Origin: an uncultured Chloroflexia bacterium
GTDB taxonomy: Bacteria > Chloroflexota > Dehalococcoidia > UBA2979
Direction of reading: 5' to 3'
Assembly (NCBI GenBank): GCA_963728205.1
Contig: CAVSIV010000002.1
Location: 1-64,000 of the forward strand
Length of the DNA stretch: 64,000 nt
Below, piece by piece: positions 11,374 to 20,551 of the stretch (its first letter is position 1; every line of letters starts with the position of its first letter). Below the pieces are notes generated by a model that ran no database searches, had not been told where the DNA came from, and saw only the letters and a program-made list of their open reading frames with translations. The translations under genes were made by a program, and so were the position numbers.

Positions 11374-11895
11374 ATGGATGCGCAGGCACTGATCGCGGAT
11401 GCCCTCGATCGCGGGCGCGGCGTGATGCGACGCGCCGTCGACGGCCTCGCCCCCGACGTCCTCCACTTCCGACCCGACCCGAGCGCGAACCCGCTCGGGT
11501 GGCTCGCCTGGCACGTCGGCCGCGTCGAGGACATGCACGTCGCCGACCTCGCGGAGGCCGACCAGCTGTGGGTCGGTGGCGGCTGGCACGAGCGCTTCGG
11601 CATGGACGCCGCGCCGCGCGCCTTCGGCACCGGCCAGTCGCTCGAGGAGGTCGACGCGGTCGCGCTCCCGAGCGCCGACCTCCTGCTCGGCTACCTCGAC
11701 GCTGTGTGGGCGCGCACCGACGACTACCTGCACGGCCTCGCGCCGGCCGACCTCGACCGCGTGCTCGACGAGCCGCAATGGACGCCGCGCCCGACCGTGG
11801 GCGTGCGCATCGTCAGCCTCGTGCACCACGTCGCCCACCACGGCGGGCAGGCCGACTACCTGCGCGGCCTCCTCGAGGGCGAAGCGCGCGGCTAG
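11374..11895 (+). CDS. DinB/mycothiol-transferase-like protein
   Basis: His-triad-type motifs, AGGAGG RBS. Confidence 0.87.
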   Translation: MDAQALIADALDRGRGVMRRAVDGLAPDVLHFRPDPSANPLGWLAWHVGRVEDMHVADLAEADQLWVGGGWHERFGMDAAPRAFGTGQSLEEVDAVALPSADLLLGYLDAVWARTDDYLHGLAPADLDRVLDEPQWTPRPTVGVRIVSLVHHVAHHGGQADYLRGLLEGEARG

Positions 11896-12476
11896 TCCCC
11901 CGAACGCCCGTCGCAAGCGGCGGCAGACACGCCGCCGATACCCCCGGTCGCGCCAGCGGCCGCCGCCGCCCGCTGTGGGTGACGCGCGCGGCTAGTCCCC
12001 CGAACGCCCGTCGCAAGCGGCGGCAGACACGCCGCCGATACCTCCGGTCGCGCCAGCGGCCGCCGCCGCCCGCTGTGGGTGACGCGCGCGGCTAGTCCCC
12101 CGAACGCCCGTCGCAAGCGGCGGCAGACACGCCGCCGATACCCCCGGTCGCGCCAGCGGCCGCCGCCGCCCGCTGTGGGTGGCGCGCGCGGCCGCCGCCG
12201 GCCGCGTCGCACGCGGCGGCAGACACGCCGCCGATACCCCGGTCGCGCCAGCGGCCGCCGCCGCCCGCTGTGGGTGGCGCGCGCGGCCGCCGCCGGCCGC
12301 GTCGCAAGCGGCGGCAGACACGCCGCCGATACCCCGGTCGCGCCAGCGGCCGCCGCCGCCCGCTGTGGGTGGCGCGCGCGGCCGCCGCCGGCCGCGTCGC
12401 AAGCGGCGGCAGACACGCCGCCGATACCCCCGGTCGCGCCAGCGGCCGCCGCCGGCCGCTGTGGGTGCCGCGCGCG
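11884..12476. repeat. Tandem array: 3 x 100 bp plus 3 x ~95 bp units, each with hairpin CGGCGGC-AGACAC-GCCGCCG
   Basis: GGCTAGTCCCCCGAAC recurs at 100-bp intervals (11890, 11990, 12090); AAGCGGCGGCAGACACGCCGCCGATACC or a near copy occurs six times. Confidence 0.95.
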
Positions 12477-12632
12477 TAACGATCCCCGCGATCCCGCTCG
12501 CAGTTCCCTCCCGACCCCCGATCCGCCCGCCGCGGAGACGGCCGCGGCGTGCGTGCCTCCGTAGTCTGGAGAGAGAGCGAACGACGCGCCGGCGCCGCCA
12601 CCTGCGCCGCGCGATGCCGAGAGGACAAGCCC

Positions 12633-13700
12633 ATGACCGCCGATCTCCGCCCCGACCGCGACGAAGCCCCCACCCGCGCCGACGGGAAGCCGCGCCAGGT
12701 CGTCGCCGTGACCGGCGCGTCCGCCGGCGTCGGCCGCGCCGTGGTGCGCGCCTTCGCCGCGCGCGGCGCGGACGTTGGCCTGATCGCCCGCGGCCGCGAC
12801 GGCCTGGAGGGCGCGAAGCGCGAAGTCGAGGAGGCCGGCGGCCGCGCCGTGATCGCGCAGGCCGACGTCGCCGACCCGGACGCGGTCGAGGCCGCCGCCG
12901 CGCTCATCGAGTCCGAGCTCGGCCCCATCGACGTCTGGGTGAACGACGCGATGACGACCGTCTTCGCGCCCGTGAAGGACATCGAGGACCGCGAGTTCCG
13001 CCGCGTCACCGAGGTCACCTACCTCGGCACGGTCTACGGCACGAAGGCCGCGCTGCGCCGCATGCTCCCGCGCGACCGCGGCGCCATCGTGCAGGTCGGC
13101 TCCGCGCTTGCCTTCCGCGCCATCCCGCTGCAGTCGGCGTACTGCGCCGCGAAGCACGCCGTGCGCGGCTTCACCGACGCGCTGCGGACCGAGCTGATGC
13201 ACGACGGCAGCCACGTGACGATCTCGATGGTGCAGCTGCCGGCGATGAACACGCCGCAGTTCGAGTGGAGCGAAGCGAAGCTCCCGCACCGCCCGCAGCC
13301 GGTTCCGCCGATCTACGAGCCCGAGGTCGCGGCCGACGCCGTCGTCTGGGCGGCGCGCAACGCGCCCCGCGAGATCGCGGTGGCGGGCTCATCCGTGCTC
13401 ACCATCAACGGCAACAAGGTCGCGCCGGGCCTCGCGGATCGCTACCTCGCGCGCACCGGCTACCAGTCGCAGCAGACCGACGAGGAGGTGTCGCCCTCGC
13501 GGCCGTCGAACCTCTGGTCGCCGGTCGCCGGCGACCACGGCGCGCGCGGCCCGTTCAGCCACCGCGCGAAGAGCCGCTCGTGGGAGCTGTGGGCGCGCAT
13601 GCACCGCCGCGCGCTGACCGGCGCCGCCGCCGCCGCCTCGCTCGCCGCCGCCGGCGCCACGGCGAGCCTCGTGCGGCGAAACGGGCGGTCGGAGGACTAA
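12633..13700 (+). CDS. Short-chain dehydrogenase/reductase with C-terminal extension
   Basis: TGASAGVG, WVNDA, S...YCAAK catalytic motif. Confidence 0.93.
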   Translation: MTADLRPDRDEAPTRADGKPRQVVAVTGASAGVGRAVVRAFAARGADVGLIARGRDGLEGAKREVEEAGGRAVIAQADVADPDAVEAAAALIESELGPIDVWVNDAMTTVFAPVKDIEDREFRRVTEVTYLGTVYGTKAALRRMLPRDRGAIVQVGSALAFRAIPLQSAYCAAKHAVRGFTDALRTELMHDGSHVTISMVQLPAMNTPQFEWSEAKLPHRPQPVPPIYEPEVAADAVVWAARNAPREIAVAGSSVLTINGNKVAPGLADRYLARTGYQSQQTDEEVSPSRPSNLWSPVAGDHGARGPFSHRAKSRSWELWARMHRRALTGAAAAASLAAAGATASLVRRNGRSED

Positions 13701-13893
13701 GCCCTCCGGGCGCGCGGCAGGCGTAGGCCTGCTCGCGCGCAGTGGCCACCTACCGCGCCGCGGAGGTGGACATCTCTGCGGCACGGAGGTGGCCGCTGCA
13801 CACGGCGGGCATGAAGCCCGCCGCGCGCCCAGGAGGGGACATGCGCAGTGCGCCGGCGTCGGCGGAGTATCTGCCGCCGCTTGCCGGGCGCCC

Positions 13894-15280
13894 CTACCTC
13901 GGCAGCATCACCGTGACCCGCGCGCCGCCGTCCGGGCTCTCGCTCACCGCGACCGTCCCGCCGTGCAGCGCTGCCTGCTGCGCGACGAGCGCCAGCCCCA
14001 GCCCCGAGCCCGGCGCGGCCGTCGCGCCGCGCGTGAAGCGCTCGAACACCCGCTCGCGCTCCTCGCGCGGAATCCCAGGGCCGTTGTCGTCGACGTGCAG
14101 CGTCACCGCGGCGGGCGTCGCTTCCACGGTGAGCGCGACCGCCGGCGGCCGCCCGGCGTCGGCAGGCGGCCGCCCGTGCGTCGCCGCGTTGCGGAGCAGG
14201 TTGTCGAGCATCACCCGCAGCCCCTCGCTCCACCCCTGCACGACCGCGTCGCCCCCGCCCGCGGGCGGCGCGCGCAGCGCGAAGGCCACGCCGGGGAAGC
14301 GCCGCTCGGCCTGCGCGACCGCGCCGCGCGCCAGCTCCGCGAGAATCGACCGGCGTCTGCAGGTCGCGTGCCCCGAGGTCGCCGCGCGCGAGCAGCCGCA
14401 GCGCCTCGAGTACGCCGAGCAGCCGCCCCTGCTGCTCCGCGACGTCGGCGACCACCGCCGCGCGCGTCTCGGCGTCGAGCGCGGGGTTGCGCTGCAGCAC
14501 CTCGAGGTTCGTCTGCATGCTCGTGAGCGGCGTGCGCAGCTCGTGCGCCGCGTTCGCCGCGAAGGCGCGCGACGCCTCGAGCGCCGCGGCCGTGCGCGCG
14601 GTCTCCGCCTGCAGTCGCTCGAGCATGCGGTTCAGGCTCGTCGCCACCTCGGCCACCTCCGCCGGCCCGCCGCCGGGCACGCGCACCGCGAGGTCCGCGG
14701 TCTCGCTCACCTGCTCCGCGCGATCGCTCAGCCGTCGCAGGGGCTCGAGGACGACGCTCGACAGCCCCCACGCGATCGCGCCGGCGCCGGCGACCGCGGC
14801 GATCCCGAGCAGCAGCACCCGCCGCCGCACCGTCGCCACCGCGGTGTCGACCGGCTCGAGCGACGCGGCGAACTGCATCGTCACGGGCAGCCGCACGCCG
14901 TCGCCGGTCGTCGTCGTGCCGGTCACGGAGTAGAGCCGCCACCGCGCGCCGTCGACCGTCGCCGTCTGGAAGCCGGCCGGCCGCCGTTCCGCCGGCACGG
15001 CGGGGAACGTGGGGCTCGCGAACAGCGTGCGCCCGGCGGCGGTCACGCGCGTCTCGACGCCGCCGACCGCGCGCCCCTCGAGCACCACGAGCCGCCGCTG
15101 CGCGACCGACGTCCCGAGCGTCGCGGGCCGCCCCACCACGGCTGCCTGGCTGCGCAGCCGCGCGTCGAGCGCCGCCGTCTCGTCGTGCCGCAGCAGCGCG
15201 ACCAGCCCCAGCCCGAGGAGCACCACGACCAGCGCCGTCGCGGCGGTGCCGGCCAGCACGAGCCGCGCGCGCAGGCTCAT
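13894..15280 (-). CDS. HAMP-domain sensor histidine kinase (MprB/PrrB-like); 1-nt insertion at ~14344
   Basis: Two TM segments, HAMP, HELRTPL; the left-arm copy lacks the extra base; ATGA overlap with the regulator. Confidence 0.88.
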
Positions 15281-15961
15281 GCGCGCAGCACGAAGCCGAC
15301 GCCGCGCACCGTGTGCAGCATGCGCGGCTCGCCCTCCGCCTCGAGCTTCCGCCGCAGGTAGCCGACGAAGACGTCGACGACGTTGCTGTCGGTCTCGAAG
15401 TCGTAGCCCCACACGCGCTCGAGCAGCTGGTCGCGGCTCAGCACGACGTCGGCGTTGCGCGCGAGGACGTGCAGCAGCTCGAACTCGCGGCGCGTGAGGT
15501 CCAGCACGCGGTCGCCGCGCTGCGCGGCGCGGCGGCTCGTGTCGACGGCGAGGTCGCCGACCGTGAGCACCTCGCGCTCAATGGCCGGCTTGCGGCGCTG
15601 CAGCGCGCGCAGCCGCGCGATCAGCTCGAGGAGCGCGAACGGCTTCACCAGGTAGTCGTCCGCGCCGGCCTCGAGGCCGGCCACGCGGTCCTCAATCTCG
15701 TCGCGCGCCGAGAGGATGCAGAATCGGGGTCTCGACGCCGTCCGCGCGGAGGCGGCGCGTGACGGCGACCCCGTCGAGGTCCGGCATGTTCACGTCGAGC
15801 ACGATCAGGTCGGGTACGCGCTCGTCGACGGCACGCAGCGCGGCGCGCCCGCCGCCGGCGGAGCGCACGGCGAAGCCCTCGAGGCGGAGTCCGCGCTCGA
15901 GGGCCGCCACGATGGACGGGTCGTCGTCGACGACGAGCAGGTCGGGTTCGGCCGCCGTCAT
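15277..15961 (-). CDS. OmpR-family response regulator (MprA/PrrA-like); 1-nt insertion at ~15722
   Basis: [39 protein letters not shown] across two frames. Confidence 0.9.
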
Positions 15962-16055
15962 GCCTTCGCTTCCGCGCCGGGCCGGTCCGCGCCGGCCCGG
16001 CTCCCCGTCATCATCCGTGCTCGCTCGCCGCGAGTGCACATCCGGCGGCGCGCGC

Positions 16056-17159
16056 CTACGCGCCCGGCGTCACCGCCGGCGTCGCGACCGGCGAGGGCTC
16101 GCGCGGCGCGCGGAACAGGATCCGCGTCGCCTGCACATTGTTGCCGCCGAGGTCGGCGCCGCGCACGGCGGCGTGGTCGCCCGCGGCAATCGTCCCGCAG
16201 TCCACCGGCCCGCGCCCGCTGTCGCACTGCGTGCTCGCGTCCCAGTGCACGTGGTAGGTCGTGCCGTCCGACGCGGCCACCACGATCACGTGCCCGTCGG
16301 CCGACTGCACCACGCCGCGCACGGCCGGCAGCTTCGTGACCTCGAGCACCTTCTGCGCCTGCAGCACGCCGCTCGCGACGAGCCCGACGGCGCCGACGTG
16401 GTCGCCCACGGCAATCGTCGAGCAGTCGACCGGCTGCGTGTTCTCGTAGCACTGCGTCGTGCTCAGCAGCGCGACGGTGGCGGAGCCGCCGGAGCGGGGC
16501 TGCAGCGTGAGCGTGCCGCCGTCGGCGGCGGTCACGGTGCCGGCGACGCGCTGGCGCAGCACGCGGATGCGCTTCGCGACGAGCGTGCCGCCCGACGCGT
16601 TCGCCGACAGATCACCGGCGGCGGCGATGCGATCGCCCACCGCGATCGTCGCGCAGTCAATCGGCTGTCCCGCCTCGACGCAGGTGGTGCCCGCCTCGTA
16701 CGCCACGGTCTTCGTGTCTCCGCCGTGCGTCTGCAGGGTCAGCGTCGCGCCGTCCACGGCGGTGACGTGGCCCACGACAATCGGCGGCGCGACGACGATG
16801 CGCCGCGCGAGGAACTGGTCGCTGTCGCCCGGCAGCCGGCCGGCCGCGACGAGTGGGTCGCCGGCGGCGATCTGCCCGCAGTCGGTGCGGCGCGAGCCGT
16901 CGTCGAAGGTGCAGGTCGTCTGCGCGTCCCAGTGCACGCGCACGCTGTCCTGCTTCAACGTCTGCAGCGTGAACGCCTGGTTGTCGACCGCCGTGACGTG
17001 GCCGGCGATGCGGTCGCGCGCGGTCGCCGCCGTCGGCGTCGCCTGCGGCTGCGACGGGTCCGCCGCGAACGCGCTGACCGGCTGGAACGCGGCCGTCGTG
17101 AGCAGCGCGGCAATCAGCGCCAGCGCCGCGAGCCCTCCCATCCACCAGTGCTTGAGCAT
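16056..17159 (-). CDS. Secreted protein with four DUF5666-like repeats, each carrying a Cys pair
   Basis: GGAGG RBS, signal peptide, four GxVTAVD...T-x-C...DC..IAxGD repeats. Confidence 0.8.
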   Translation of the reverse strand: MLKHWWMGGLAALALIAALLTTAAFQPVSAFAADPSQPQATPTAATARDRIAGHVTAVDNQAFTLQTLKQDSVRVHWDAQTTCTFDDGSRRTDCGQIAAGDPLVAAGRLPGDSDQFLARRIVVAPPIVVGHVTAVDGATLTLQTHGGDTKTVAYEAGTTCVEAGQPIDCATIAVGDRIAAAGDLSANASGGTLVAKRIRVLRQRVAGTVTAADGGTLTLQPRSGGSATVALLSTTQCYENTQPVDCSTIAVGDHVGAVGLVASGVLQAQKVLEVTKLPAVRGVVQSADGHVIVVAASDGTTYHVHWDASTQCDSGRGPVDCGTIAAGDHAAVRGADLGGNNVQATRILFRAPREPSPVATPAVTPGA

Positions 17160-17466
17160 CGTTTTCGCCTCCATCGCGCGCCGCCCCTGGTGAGGCGGCC
17201 CGGCGTCAACGATGGCAGCGCGTCCTAGGAATCCGTGAGACGGCCGTGTGCTTCGAGCGGCGCCTGGCGAAGGCGCGGAGTCGTCGGTAAGCGCCGCTCG
17301 CGGCACGGAGTTGCCACGCCGGCGACGCAGCACGCTCGCCGCGTGCGGCTCGAAGCACGCTCTGTGTCGCCGGAGCCGCACGCTCGTCCCCGCTCGCGCG
17401 GGACACGCCCCGCCGCTATCGTGTTGCACCGCCCTGCAACTCGTCGGGTGGCTGGAGGAGGACAGC

Positions 17467-18537
17467 ATGCGTTCCTGGCGATCCGGGCTCTCGATCGGCC
17501 TGCTGCTCGCAACGGCGGCGCTCGCCGCGGCGTGCAGCTCGGGCGGCTCCTCGACGCCGACCCCGGCGGCCACGGCCGCCGCGACGACTGGCGCCACCGC
17601 GGCGCCCACCGCCGACGCCACTGCGGCGGCGACCGCGACCGTCTCCACTGCTCCGGTCACGCTCACGATCTTCTCCGCCGGCACGCTCTCGAACCCGCTG
17701 ACCGAGGTCGACAAGCAGTTCATGGCGAAGTACCCGAACGTGAAGATCGAGGCGCAGTTCGGCGGCAGCGTGAAGGAGACGAAGCAGGTCACCGAGCTCG
17801 GGCTCACCGCCGACATCGTCGCCGTCGCCGACTACTCCGTGATCCCGAAGTACATGATGCCGTCGAGCGGGAAGACGTTCGCCGACTGGTACATCGGCTT
17901 CGCATCGAACGCGATCACCTTCGTCTACACACCGCAGAGCAAGGGCGCGGCGGACATCACCGCGGACAACTGGTACAGGGCGCTCGCCGAGCCGGGCGTG
18001 CGCATCGGCCGCTCGAACCCGGACACCGACCCCTCGGGGTACCAGACGCTGCAGATGCTCAAGCTGGCCGAGCAGTACTACCACCAGCCCGGCCTCAGCG
18101 ACGCCATCCTCGCGAACGCGCCGAAGACCTACATCCGCGACACCGAGACCGACCTGATCGGCGCGCTGCAGACGGGCGAGATCGACTACCTCGCGATCTA
18201 CAAGTCGGACGCCATCCAGCACGACTTCAAGTACATCCCGCTGCCGCCGCAGATCGATCTGTCCGACGCGTCGCAGGCCGCCGCCTACGCACAGGCGACG
18301 GTGAGCACCGCGAACGGCGACCTCAGCGCGAATCCGATCACCTACGCGCTGACGATCCCGACGAACGCCGAGCAGCCGGAGTGGGCGGCGCGCTGGATCG
18401 CGTTCCTGCTCGGGCCCGACGGGCAGAAGATCCTGGCCGACCGCGGCTTCGGCGACGTCCAGCCGGCCATCGCGCAGAACGCCGCCCGGCTGCCGGCGTC
18501 GCTGCAGCCGCTGACCAAGCCCTGGCCGGGGTCATAG
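17467..18537 (+). CDS. wtpA: Tungstate/molybdate ABC transporter substrate-binding lipoprotein, WtpA type
   Basis: AAAC lipobox, FSAGTL, AVADY, RSNPDTDPSGY, ETDL, IYKS. Confidence 0.88.
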   Translation: MRSWRSGLSIGLLLATAALAAACSSGGSSTPTPAATAAATTGATAAPTADATAAATATVSTAPVTLTIFSAGTLSNPLTEVDKQFMAKYPNVKIEAQFGGSVKETKQVTELGLTADIVAVADYSVIPKYMMPSSGKTFADWYIGFASNAITFVYTPQSKGAADITADNWYRALAEPGVRIGRSNPDTDPSGYQTLQMLKLAEQYYHQPGLSDAILANAPKTYIRDTETDLIGALQTGEIDYLAIYKSDAIQHDFKYIPLPPQIDLSDASQAAAYAQATVSTANGDLSANPITYALTIPTNAEQPEWAARWIAFLLGPDGQKILADRGFGDVQPAIAQNAARLPASLQPLTKPWPGS

Positions 18538-18595
18538 CGACGGCCGCACCGGGACCGCGCGCGAGCGCGCGGCGAGTGCCGTACCGTCTCGCTCG

Positions 18596-19414
18596 ATGAG
18601 GAGCCTGGCGCGCGGCGCTCGCGGCAGCCTGTTCACCGCCGGCATCTGGCTGCTGGGCGGGCTGCTCGTCGCGTTCATCGTCCTGCCGCTGATCCGGCTC
18701 GGCAGCCGCACGGCGCCCACCGACCTGCTGGCGGCGTGGCGCGAGGCGGACGTCCGCGGCGCCATCCTGCTCAGCGTGAAGGACGCGGCGATCGCCGCCG
18801 TGGTCGCCGCGCTCGGCGGCGTGCCGCTCGCCTACGTGCTCGCGCGCTACCGCTTCCGCGGCTCGACGCTGCTGCAGTCGGTGGTGGACCTGCCGCTCGC
18901 GATCCCGCACACGGTCGTCGGGATCGCGCTGCTGCTCGTGTTCGGCCGGCGCGGCTGGCTCGGCCAGCCGGCGGGGCACCTCGGCATCGCGTTCTTCGGC
19001 TCCGAGTGGGGCATCGTCGCCGCGATGCTCTTCGTCAGTGCCCCGTTCATGGTCGACACCGTCCGCAGCACGATCGAAGGCGTCGACGAGCGCTACGAGA
19101 AGGTCGCGCGCAGCCTCGGGGCGACGCCGGCCTACACGTTCCGACGCGTCACGTTCCCGCTGGCGGCGCGCGGGGTCTTCGCGGGCCTCGTGCTGACGTA
19201 CGCGCGGTCGCTCAGCGAGTTCGGCGCGGTGGCGCTGCTCGCGTACTTCCCGATGACCGCGCCGGTGAAGGTGTACGACCTCTACCTGCAGTCCGGGCTC
19301 GACCGCTCGGTGACGGCGGCCGTCCTGCTGCTGCTGATCACGCTGTCGACGTTCCTCGTGTTCCGCACGCTCGCGTTCGGGTCGTTCGTCGGCCGCCCGG
19401 GACGCCGGCGGTGA
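18596..19414 (+). CDS. wtpB: Tungstate/molybdate ABC permease
   Basis: DLPLAIPHTVVGIALL, ARSLGA loop, ARSLSEFGA. Confidence 0.88.
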   Translation: MRSLARGARGSLFTAGIWLLGGLLVAFIVLPLIRLGSRTAPTDLLAAWREADVRGAILLSVKDAAIAAVVAALGGVPLAYVLARYRFRGSTLLQSVVDLPLAIPHTVVGIALLLVFGRRGWLGQPAGHLGIAFFGSEWGIVAAMLFVSAPFMVDTVRSTIEGVDERYEKVARSLGATPAYTFRRVTFPLAARGVFAGLVLTYARSLSEFGAVALLAYFPMTAPVKVYDLYLQSGLDRSVTAAVLLLLITLSTFLVFRTLAFGSFVGRPGRRR

Positions 19415-20502
19415 CCGGCGCGCCGCGCGCGGCGGCCGCGCCCGGCGGCGCCGGGCTCGCGGTGCGCGGGCTCACGGTGCGCGCCGGCGCGTTCACGCTC
19501 GCCGACGCGTCGCTCGACGTCGCGCCCGGGCGGACGCTCGTCGTGCTCGGGCCGTCGGGCGCGGGCAAGACCGTGCTGCTCGAGACGATCGCCGGCTTCC
19601 ACGCGGCGCGTGCGGGAAGCGTGTGGCTTGGCGGCGTCGACGTCACGCGCGCCAGCCCGGAGTCCCGCCGCATCGGCCTCGTCTTCCAGGATTTCGCGCT
19701 GTTCCCGCATCTCACCGTGCGCGAGAACGTGCGCTTCGGGCTGCGCAGCCGCGGCCGGCGCGATCTCGACGTCGCCGACGCGATGCTCGAGCGGCTGGGC
19801 ATCGCGTCGCTGGCCGACCGCTCGCCGCCGACGCTCAGCGGCGGCGAGCGGCAGCGCGTCGCGCTCGCCCGCGCGCTCGTCGTCGATCCGCGACTGCTGC
19901 TCTTCGACGAGCCGCTGTCGGCGCTCGACATGACGACGCGCGACGAGCTCCGCCACCAGCTGCGTGACCAGCTCGCGGACGCGGCGATCCCGGCGATCTA
20001 TGTCACGCACGACCAGGCGGAGGCGCTCGCGATGGCGGACGATCTCGCGGTGCTGATCGACGGGCGTGTGCGGCAGGTCGGTCCCGCGGAGGACGTCCTG
20101 CGCCGCCCCGAGACGGTCACGGTCGCGCGGTTCCTCGGCATGCAGGTGCTGGGGGCGGCGAGCGGCGGCGCGCCGGGCGCGGAGGCGGACCTGCTGACGG
20201 TGGACGGCCACGCGCTGCGCGTGGCGGCGCGCCCGGACGCGGGGGGCGCGTCGCTGGTCGCCTGCTACCGGCCGGAGGACGTGCACCTGCACGCGCAGGC
20301 GGTGGAGGCGGCGAACGCCTTCCCCGTGCGCGTCGCCCGCGTGACGTCGCTCGGCCCCGTGATGCGGATCGTGCTCACCGGACCGCTGCCGCTCGAGGCG
20401 ATCGCGTTCCATCGCACGGCAGTGGACCTCGGCCTGCGCGAGGGCGCCGCGCTCACCGCCGTGCTCGCCCCGGGCGACATCCACCTCGCTCGAGCGGAGT
20501 AG
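19411..20502 (+). CDS. wtpC: ABC ATPase with TOBE domain
   Basis: GPSGAGKT, LSGGERQ, LLFDEP; GTGA overlap with the permease. Confidence 0.88.
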   Translation: MTGAPRAAAAPGGAGLAVRGLTVRAGAFTLADASLDVAPGRTLVVLGPSGAGKTVLLETIAGFHAARAGSVWLGGVDVTRASPESRRIGLVFQDFALFPHLTVRENVRFGLRSRGRRDLDVADAMLERLGIASLADRSPPTLSGGERQRVALARALVVDPRLLLFDEPLSALDMTTRDELRHQLRDQLADAAIPAIYVTHDQAEALAMADDLAVLIDGRVRQVGPAEDVLRRPETVTVARFLGMQVLGAASGGAPGAEADLLTVDGHALRVAARPDAGGASLVACYRPEDVHLHAQAVEAANAFPVRVARVTSLGPVMRIVLTGPLPLEAIAFHRTAVDLGLREGAALTAVLAPGDIHLARAE

Positions 20503-20551
20503 GCGCGTGGTCGCGGCGAAGCACCCCCTCCCTCTCCTCTACCATTCCGCC

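Larger units (their letters stand above)
1..14578. repeat. Giant inverted duplication (arms ~1-7150 and ~7460-14578; left arm probably continues before the window)
   Basis: Bases 1-27 are the reverse complement of ~14551-14577, and every gene in 1-7150 recurs in mirror order and strand (e.g. DinB 2697-3218(-) vs 11374-11895(+), tRNA-Arg 4369(+) vs 10149(-)). Confidence 0.97.

Noticed and set aside
13894-15961. Pseudogenisation of the two-component system (also MFS ~60330 and hypothetical ~62507)
   Set aside because: Single indels at GATC or homopolymer sites, and the left-arm kinase copy is intact; more likely sequence errors than decay or programmed frameshifting.
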